The notes beneath the pieces were generated by a model. That model had not been told where the DNA came from. It searched no databases and was given only the letters and a program-made list of their open reading frames with translations. A stretch of 64,000 nt of DNA from Dyella sp. (GTDB lineage: Bacteria > Pseudomonadota > Gammaproteobacteria > Xanthomonadales > Rhodanobacteraceae). The first letter of the stretch is position 1. Each line of letters starts with the position of its first letter. Position numbers and translations under genes: made by a program. The DNA lies in the NCBI RefSeq assembly GCF_036384435.1, contig NZ_DASVMI010000030.1, positions 57,946-121,945 on the forward strand. Reading direction: 5' to 3'. Positions 37,044 through 47,100 of the stretch are shown piece by piece.

Positions 37044-37484
37044 ATGGGTACCGTTACCTTGCACCGCGTACTTCGAGCCAGCCCCGAACGCCTGTACAAA
37101 GCATTCACTGATGCCGACGCCATGGCCAAGTGGTTGCCGCCCCACGGTTTCACCGGCAAGGTGCATCACCTGGACGCCAGGGTCGGCGGCGGTTTCAAGA
37201 TGTCGTTCACCAACTTCTCGACCGGCAAGGTGCATGCCTTCGGCGGCACTTATCTCGAACTTCAGCCACACGAGCGTCTGCGCTATACCGACGTCTTCGA
37301 TGACCCCAACCTTCCAGGCGAAATGATCACCACCGTGACGCTGAAGAAGGTATTTTGCGGCACCGAGCTATCCGTGGAGCAGGCTGGCATCCCCGACATG
37401 ATCCCTGTCGAGGCTTGCTACCTGGGTTGGCAGGAATCGTTGACCCTGCTGGCACAATTGGTGGAACCGGAAATTCCGGATTGA
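37044..37484 (+). CDS. SRPBCC/AHSA1 domain protein
   Basis: TVTLHRVLRASPERLYKAF...WLPPHGF...CYLGWQESL..LA.LVEP. Confidence 0.92.
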   Translation: MGTVTLHRVLRASPERLYKAFTDADAMAKWLPPHGFTGKVHHLDARVGGGFKMSFTNFSTGKVHAFGGTYLELQPHERLRYTDVFDDPNLPGEMITTVTLKKVFCGTELSVEQAGIPDMIPVEACYLGWQESLTLLAQLVEPEIPD

Positions 37485-37582
37485 GTTTCCCCCGCGACTC
37501 ACGATGATGCCGCTTATCGCCGTTCCAGCGGGGCGAATTTATCCGGCATCCGCACCATAAATGCAGGGCGATGCTCTCAAGG

Positions 37583-37615
37583 CTGGCAAGCCGCGACCAG
37601 GTCGCGGCTTGCCAG
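37583..37615. repeat. 33-bp palindrome (16-bp perfect arms, 1-nt spacer)
   Basis: CTGGCAAGCCGCGACC-A-GGTCGCGGCTTGCCAG. Confidence 0.9.
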
Positions 37616-38105
37616 TGCGTGGTGCATGCTTCGCGCTGAGCTTGAGCGAGACATCCCGTAACGATCAACGAAGAGGGAGGCCACTTCGCGAAGTTACGTC
37701 GCTACCTACGATGGTTTGACTTTGGGCAACCTCAGTACCCGTCCTGTCCGTCGTCCCGCCGCAGCCGAGTCCCTGAGACTCGGCTCTGATGCGGCTGGAG
37801 GCTCCAGATTTCGGCCTTCGCCGATTTTGATGAGAGGATCTCAGCGGCGCCTTGCGGAGGGCTCTTCATGCCGACAAGGGCAAGCGGCCACGGATTGACA
37901 ATAGAGGCGGCCACCCCGTGGCATTCGCCAAATAAAAATTTAGAACGTCTAAATTTAATTTGGCGAATGATTTCAGCATGTCAAGCTAAATATTGTGCCC
38001 GATTTTCACAGATAACCAACCTGACCATCATTGAAGTGGAGCTTGTCACAATAAATAATTGAGGGTTCCCTACGATTCGCCGACCGAACGGAAGAGCCCT
38101 CCCCC

Positions 38106-41100
38106 ATGTCGTCTCAAGACTTGCGCTCCTCGCTGCTGCAAAGCTCGGATGTTCTGCCCTTGTCCAGCCCGCAGCTGGATATTTTTCATGATCACCTCAT
38201 GAAAGGCAGTACTCCCGCCTACAATATCGGCGGCTATCTGGATTTTCACGGTTCAATGGATATTCAACGCTTCGAAAAAGCGCTGAATCTGGCCATAAGA
38301 AAACACGATTCGCTACGTATCATGCTAATGGCCGGCGACGACGACCTGCCAGGCCAGCGAATCATGGCCGATATGCCAGCCGATCTGATGTTGCTGGATT
38401 TTTCCCAGGATGCGTCGCCGGACGACTCGGCGCGCACATGGATGCGCAACAGCATGAACCAGCCGTTCGTCCTGGTGGGTGCCCCGCTTTTTCGCCATGC
38501 ACTGATCAAGCTTGCCGATGCGCACTATCAATGGTTCATCTGCGTGCATCACCTGATCGCCGATGGCTGGGCGATGGATACGTTGTTCCAGTCCTTCGCG
38601 GGCCTGTACAGCGCGCTCGAACAGGGTGAAGAGCCGCAGCTGGCCGCTCCCTCCTATGCCCGATTCGTCGAATCGGATCGCCTTTACCAGGCATCGGCCA
38701 GCTTTACCAAGGACCGCGACTACTGGCATGAAAAGTATCGGGATCTTCCCGATCCACTGCTCTTGGCACGACACGCCGTGCACGACCAGACGCCCATCAG
38801 CGGTGAACATGTCTGGCGCCTCGATGACGCATTGAACGCACGCATCGACGACCTGGCCACCACCCATCAGTCCACGCGGTTTCAGGTAGTTCTGGCGATC
38901 TTCCATGCCTTTTTCCAGCGCCTGCACCAGCGCGAGGAGCTGGTCATCGGCTTATCCGTGCTCAACCGCAAGGATGCCGACGCCCGCAGGACTGTCGGCA
39001 TGTTCACCAATGTGTCGGCCATGCGGCTGGCCTTTGACCTGCGCGGTTCGTTCGTCGATCTGCTCAAGGCCATCGCGCCTTCGCTGCGCCAGGATTATCG
39101 CCACCAGCGCTTTCCGATCGGGCAATTGAACAAGGGGCTGGGCTTGTTTGCTCGCCAGCGCGACCAACTCTACGAACTTTCCATCTCGTATGAAAACGGC
39201 GGCGTACCGCTCCGGTTCGGCGACGTCACGGCGTTTGTATTCAAGTGCACGAACGATTACGAAAGCACACCATTGCGCCTGTGCGTGCGCGATGACCTGC
39301 ATCGCCGAGAGACATCGCTGTTCTTCATCTTTGGCCACGCCTATTACAGCCAGGCCGAGATCGCCGTGCTGCAAGATCGTTTCATGCGCTTCACGCAGGC
39401 GCTTCTCGCCGATCCGCAGAGTTCGCTTGACAGCTTGCCGATCGTCACCCCGCAGGAGCGCGCCCAGTTCGACGCCTGGAATGCAACGGCTATCGACTAT
39501 CCCCAGGACGCATGCGTGCATGCATGCTTCGAGCAGCAGGCCGCACGGCGACCCGATGCCATCGCACTGGTGCACGAGGATACGAGCCTGACCTATGCCG
39601 AGGTCGATGCGCGCGCAAATCAGTTGGCACAGCACCTGATCGCGCTGGGTGTGGGCCCGGACGATCGGGTAGCGCTGTGCGCCGCGCGACAACCGGCAAC
39701 CATCGTTGCCATGCTCGCGATCCTGAAGGCCGGCGGCGCATACGTGCCGATTGACCCGTCCTATCCGGCTGAGCGCGTCGCTTATGTGCTGGGCGATGCA
39801 CAGCCACGACTGCTGTTGGCCGACCGGGCCGGTCGCCAGGCACTGGGAGCGCCGCCGGCCCAACTGCCAGTGCTCGACCTGGATGGCGCCGCCCTCGCCT
39901 GGGCGAGTTTGTCGCGCGAGCGTCCGCAGGTAGAAGGCCTGGATTCACGGCGGCTGGCCTACGTGATCTACACCTCCGGTTCTACGGGCCAGCCCAAAGG
40001 CGTGATGGTCGAGCATCGCCAGGTATGCCATCAGGTCACCGCACTGCGGCATGCCTACCAGTTCACCGCCGACGACCGCCTGTTGCAGTTCGCGTCCATT
40101 GCGTTCGACATGTCCGTGGAGGAAATCTTTCCCGCGCTGCTTACCGGCGCGACGCTGGTATTGCGCACGGATGCCTGCCTGGAATCGCCGGCCGCCTTCG
40201 CCGCGTTCTGTGCCGTCCACCAGCTCACGTACCTCAACCTGCCCAGCACGTTCTGGGCTCAACTGGCGTTGGCCCAACCGGAGCTGGAACTACCCGTCTG
40301 CCTGCGCCAGGTCAGTGCCGGCGGCGACGCCATGAGCCTGGCCGCCGCTTCGGCGTGGCTGCGTCGCCAGAGCCATCGTCCTGCCCTGTTCAATGCATAT
40401 GGCCCCACCGAAACCACGGTCAACGCCACCATGCTTGCGGTGGATCGGCCCATGGAAGTGTCATGCATCGGACGCCCGATCGCCAACACGCGGGCCTACC
40501 TGCTCGATGCATATCGTCAACCTGTGCCGGTCGGCGCCGTCGGCGAGCTTTACATCGGCGGCGCGGGTGTTGCCCGTGGTTATCTTGATCGCCCCCAGCT
40601 CACCATGGAGCGTTTTCTGAGCGATCCATTCTCGCCGGTTGCCGATGCACGTATGTATCGCACCGGCGACCTTGCTCGTTTTCTACCCGATGGCAACATC
40701 GAATTCCTCGGACGCAATGACCATCAGGTCAAGATTCGCGGCTACCGCATCGAACTGGGCGAGATCGAGACGCGATTGGCCAACCATCGGCAAGTCCACG
40801 AAGCGGTGGTGCTTGCACGCGGCGAGTCGCATGATCGTCGCCTGGTCGCTTATGTGGTGGGCGACGGGGACGCCAACGACCTGCGCGCGCATCTTGCCGT
40901 CGAATTGCCGCCCTACATGATCCCTTCGGCGTTTGTCCGCCTGGATGCCTTTCCGTTGACGCCCAACGGCAAACTCGATCGCAAGGCGTTGCCCGAGCCT
41001 GACGAGGCAGCGTTCGCGCATCGCGCCTATGAGGCACCGCGCGATGGCATCGAGGCGTCGCTGGCCCAGTTGTGGTGCCAGTTGCTGGACCTGGCACGCG

Positions 41101-44100
41101 TTGGTCGACACGATCATTTCTTCGAGCTGGGCGGACATTCGCTGATCGCGATTCGCCTGCTCGGCAAGGTCTCCCAACAGTTCGGTGTCTCGCTACCGCT
41201 GGCAAGCCTGTTCAATCATCCCACGCTGGCAGCCCTGGCCGAGGCGATCGCCTCCGATCATGACGGCGCAGGGACGGCGACGCTGCCTCCCATCGTCGCG
41301 GTGTCGCACGGCGATCACATCCCGCTTTCCTATGCACAGCAACGGCTGTGGTTCATGGCCCAGCTCGATCAAGCCAACGCCACCTATCATGTCTCCCTGG
41401 TGCTGCAGTTGGAGGGCGCGCTGGACATCCCGGCATTGCAACAAGCACTCGACCGCCTGCTCCACCGCCATGAAGCCTTGCGCACCGTTTTCCATGCGAT
41501 CGACGGCGAGCCGCGCGCGTCGCTGCTTCCAGCACATACGCCGTTTCCGCTGGTGGTGCATGACCTGCGCCAATCCCCTCATGCCGATGAGCTGCTGGCC
41601 CGATATAAGCACGACCATGCGCACGCGGCTTATGACATGGAGCATGGCCCGCTGGTGCGCGCCAACGTGATTCGCCTGGGTGACCGCCGGCATGTACTTC
41701 AGCTGGGCATGCACCATATCGTCTCCGATGGCTGGTCGATCAACCTGCTGGCACGCGAGATCAACGCGCTCTACGTCGCGTTTGCACAGGGACAGGCTGA
41801 CCCGCTGCCCGCGTTACGTGTGCAGTACCCCGACTACGCCGCTTGGCAACATACCGTGCTGTCGAGCGAACGACTGCGTGACCAGGCCGCGTATTGGAAG
41901 GACGCCTTGCATGGTGCGCCCGACCTGCTGCACCTGCCCACCGATCATCCGCGACCGTCGCGCCAGTCGTTTGCCGGTGCGATGCGCCCCATACGCTTGG
42001 ACGTTGCACTGACGCGTCGGCTGCGCCAGCTGGGCAAGCAGCATGGCATGAGCCTGTATATGCTGGTAACTGCCGCATGGGCCGCGGTGCTGGCCAGGCT
42101 GTCGGGCCAGGACGATGTCATGATCGGTACCTTGTCGGCCAATCGCGGCCAGCGCGAAATCGAGCCCTTGATCGGCTTTTTCGTCAGTACCTTGCCTTTG
42201 CGCATCGACCTGTCGGGCGAACCCGATGCCCTGACGTTGTTGTCGCGCGTGCGGCGCACGACGCTGGCGGCACAGGAAAACCAGGATCTTCCGTTCGAGC
42301 AGATCGTGGACATCGCCAAGCCCTCGCGTCGGCTGGATCATTCGCCGCTGTTCCAGGTGTTGTTTGCCTGGCAGAGCAACGACAAGACCGGCTTTGAACT
42401 GCCAGGTCTGACGATCAGCCAGTCGCCTATGTCGCTGGAGTCGATTCGCTACGATCTCGAGCTGCACCTGTACGAAACCGAAGACGCTATCGTCGGCGGC
42501 CTTGGCTATGCCACGGCGCTCTTTGACGAAACGACCATCGACCGCCATATCGGTTACCTGAGCACGACCCTGGAGGCCATGGTGGCCGATCCGGCTACGG
42601 CCTTGCGCGTGCCGTTGCCCGATAGCCACGAGCTGGCCCAGCTCGCGCGCTGGAACGATACCGCTGTCGATCCTGTCTCGGTCGATGCTATCCATCGCCT
42701 GTTCGAGCAGCACGCAGCCAGCTCGCCGCAGGCCACGGCATTGATATGCGACGACCAGGCACTCTCCTATGGCGCGTTGAACGCCAGGGCCAATCAATGG
42801 GCTCGTCACCTGCGATCGCTGGGGGTCGGCACGGGAGTGCGCAGCGACCCGCGCATCGCCCTGTGCGCGGAGCGCGGCTTCGACATGATCTGCGCACTTT
42901 TGGCCATTCTCAAGGCCGGTGCCTGCTACGTACCGCTGGACCCGTCCTATCCCAGCGAACGGCTGCGTCAGGTGCTGTCCGAGGCCGGTGCCGAGCTGGT
43001 ACTGCACGATACCGCAGGGCATGAAGCGCTCGGGGTATCCTCACTGGCCCGATATCGCTGCGTGGATATCGGCGAGCTTGCCATGCATGGCACCGACCTG
43101 GCCGAAGAGAACCTTCCATCGCCCGAGGGCACCGACGCCAGCAGCCTTGCCTATGTCATCTACACGTCCGGCTCTACCGGCACGCCCAAGGGTGTGGCGA
43201 TGCCGCACCGGCCGCTGGTCAACCTCGTGCAATGGCAGCTGGCCGAAGCCGTAAAGGCCGGTTTGCCGGCTCCGAAAACACTGCAATTTGCTGCACTTGG
43301 ATTCGACGTCGCGTTCCAGGAGATCTTTACCACCCTGTGCGCGGGTGCATCCCTGGTACTGGTCGATACACGCACGCGCATGCAGTTCGGCAAGCTGATC
43401 GCGCTGCTGCGCCACCAACGCGTGCAACGGGTATTCCTGCCCTATATCGCGCTACAGGCCCTGGCCGAGGCGGCCGAAGATATCCGCGATGACGGCACGG
43501 CGCTGCTGCCCGAGTTGCGCGCGATCATCGTAGCAGGGGAGCAACTGCGCCTCACGCCGCAGATCCAGCGCCTGTTCACCCGTCTGCCGGCCTGCGACCT
43601 GCACAACCACTATGGCCCGACCGAGACCCACGTGGTCACCGCACAGGTCCTGCCGGCCGGCAGCATCGCCACATCACTGCCCCATGTGCCGATTGGTCGT
43701 CCCATCGCCAATGCACGCACCTATGTGCTCGATGGGCATGGACAGCCCGTGCCGGTGGGAGTCGCCGGCGAACTGTACATCGGCGGCTTGAGCATCGCGC
43801 GCGGCTATCTGGGGCGCGATGACCTGACTGCCGCACGCTTTCTTGCCGATCCGTTCGATACGCGTACCGGAGCGCGCATGTATCGCACCGGCGACCTGGC
43901 GCGGCACCTGCCAGATGGCCGCCTGATATTTCTTGGTCGCAACGATCACCAGGTCAAGCTGCGCGGGTTCCGTATCGAGCTGGGTGAAATCGAGGCACGC
44001 CTGGCCGAACATGCCAGCGTGCGCGAGTGCGCGGTGATCGCACGCAACGACGCGCAAGGCGAGATTCAACTGGTGGCCTACGTCGTCGCGGGCTCGCATG

Positions 44101-47100
44101 CCGATGACAATCCTGCGACATGGCACGCCTACCTGGCCGCCACGCTGCCGGCATACATGGTGCCTGCCGCATTCGTCACGCTGGAGGCTATTCCTTTGAC
44201 GGCCCATGGCAAGCTCGATCGTCAGGCACTGCCCGCACCCGACGAACAGGCCCTGGTCCGCGCCCATTACGAAGCACCGCGTGGCGATGTGGAAACCAGG
44301 CTTGCCGCACTCTGGCAGGATCTCCTGGGCGTCGCCCAAGTCGGTCGCCGCGATCAGTTCTTCGAACTCGGCGGCCACTCTCTGATCGCGGTACGCCTGC
44401 TCAGCCGCATCGCCCAGGCATTCGGTGCCAGCCTGCCACTGGCCGACCTGTTTGCGTGGCCGGTATTGCATGATCTGGCCGCACGCATTGCCCAACAGCA
44501 GCGCTCGACTCCCCACCAGCAGACCGGCATCCCACGCGCCACGCGCGGGGAGATGCTACCCCTGTCGCATGCACAGCAACGCCTGTGGTTTCTCGCCCAG
44601 CTCGATGGCGACAGCGCGACTTACCACATCCCGATTGCCGTGCAACTGGACGGCCCGCTGGATGTGCCCGCGCTGCGCGAAGCGTTGCAACAAGTGTTCG
44701 CACGCCATGAAAGTCTGCGCACGGTATTCGTCGCGCGACACGGCCAGCCGCATGCCCGGCTGTTGGACAGCAATGCCGAGGTTGCACTTCACCAGCATGA
44801 TCTTCGTCACTACGGTGCAAGCGAACGTGTAGACGCAGCCACCATACTGCTCGCCCGAGAGCGCAACCGGCCCTTCGATCTGGCGGCAGGGCCGCTGCTT
44901 CGCGCCAGTCTGCTGCGCACCGAAGAACAACAGCATGTATTGCAACTGACCTTGCACCACATCGTGGCCGACGGCTGGTCGCTGGGCATTCTCTCCCGAG
45001 AGCTCGGCGCCTGCTATGCCCAGGCACAGGGTTCGCGTTCCGACATGCTGGCCCCACTGCCGATCCAGTACGCCGACTATGCGGCATGGGAGCATGGCTG
45101 GCTGGTCAGCGAACGCATGCTTGAACAGGTCACTTTCTGGCAAGACCAACTCGCCGGATCGCCATCCTTGCTTGAGCTTCCCACGGATCGACCACGCCCG
45201 GCACGGCAGTCGTTCGAGGGTGCCTTTGTTCCGATCGAGCTGGATGCCAACTTGACGCAGGATCTCAAGCGGCTCGCGCAGCACCACGGCGCGACGCTTT
45301 TCATGATCGTGCTGGCCGCGTGGGCGCTGGTGCTTTCGCGACTATCCGGGCAGCGCGACATCGTGATCGGCACGCCGACGGCCGGTCGGGGACGACCGGA
45401 ACTTGAATCGCTGATCGGCTTTTTCGTCAACACGCTGCCGCTGCGCATCGACCTGCATGAGGCCACCGATGTCGCATCACTGCTACGCCACGTTCGCACG
45501 ATCGCACTGGATGCCCAGGCACATCAGGAGCTTCCCTTCGAGCGCATCGTGGAGCTGGCCAAGGTGCCTCGTCGCATCGACCACACACCGCTGGTCCAGG
45601 TGCTGCTGGCGTGGCAGAGCCATGACGAAGGTTCCTGGAACCTGCCGGGAATGACCGCCACACCGGCGCATGGCGACTTTGACTGGGTGAAGTTCGACCA
45701 GGAGTTGATTCTGAGCGACGCCGACGGCCACATCCGGGGCGGCATCAACTATGCCACGGCGCTGTTCGATCGATCGACCATCGAACGCCACGCCGGCTAT
45801 CTGCGCAACGTGCTCAAAGCCATGGCTGCTGGCGATACGCGCCCGCTGCATCGCATCCCGATGCTCGCCGACGACGAACGCGAGCAGTTGATAGAAATGT
45901 GGAACCGCACCGATATGGCGGTCGAATCGTTGTGCCTGCATCAACAGGTGGAGCGTCACGCCCACGAATCGCCGCATTCGCTGGCGCTGGTCAGCCAACA
46001 GGAACAGGTGACCTATGCCGACCTGAACGCACGGGCCAACCACCTCGCGCATCACCTGGCACGCATGGCTGTGCGACCGGGCGATCGCGTAGCATTGTGT
46101 GTGGAGAAGGGGGTCTCCATGTTCGTCGGCCTGCTGGCGATCATGAAAGCCGGTGGCGTGTACGTGCCGCTGGATCCGGCGTACGCCTCTGCACGCCTGG
46201 ACCATATCCTCCTCGATGCAACACCGCGTCTGCTGCTTTGCGACGAGATCGGTCGCGAGGCCCTGGGAGCCGGTGCGAGAGGCCGGTTGCCGGCGCTCGA
46301 TATGGATCAGGCATCGGCATGGGAGCATGAGCCAGGCGACAATCCGGCCGTGCCAGGCCTCGATGCCCGGGCCTTGGCGTATGTGATCTACACGTCCGGC
46401 TCCACCGGCGCGCCCAAGGGTGTGATGGTCGAGCACCATGGCATCATCAATCTGGGCCACTCGCTTGGTGAGCGCCTGGGTATCGACGCAGATAGCCGCA
46501 TCAGCCAGTTTGCCTCCGCCGGCTTCGACGCCAGCATCTTCGAGTGCTCGATGGCGTTCACCGCGGGTGCGGCGCTGTACCTGCCGTCGGTCGCCGAACG
46601 GCAGAGCCCATCCGCGTTCATGGCCTTCATCGGACGCCAGCGCATCACCCATGCCACGCTGCCACCGGCGTTCCTGCAGGGCCATGCCGAAGCCCCGTGC
46701 TGGGCGCACCGCCCAATGTTGATCTTTGCGGGCGATGCATCCAGCCCTGGCCTGTTTCGTCACTGGAGCCGCTACGCAAGACTTGCCAATGCCTATGGCC
46801 CCACCGAGATCACCGTCTGTGCCAGCACCTGGGTCTGCCCCGATGAGCCAGGCGAACTGTCCGTGGTGCCGGTAGGGCGTCCCATCGGGAATACTCGCCT
46901 GTACTTGCTCGACGAACACGGCCTGCCCGTGCCTCGCGGCAGCATCGGCGAGCTGTATATCGGGGGTGCGAACGTCGCGCGCGGCTACCTGGACCGCCCT
47001 GCGCTGAATGCGGAGCGCTTCGTCTCCGACCCATTCGATGATAAGCCACAGGCACGCATGTATCGTAGCGGCGACCTGATGCGCTACCTTCCCGATGGCA

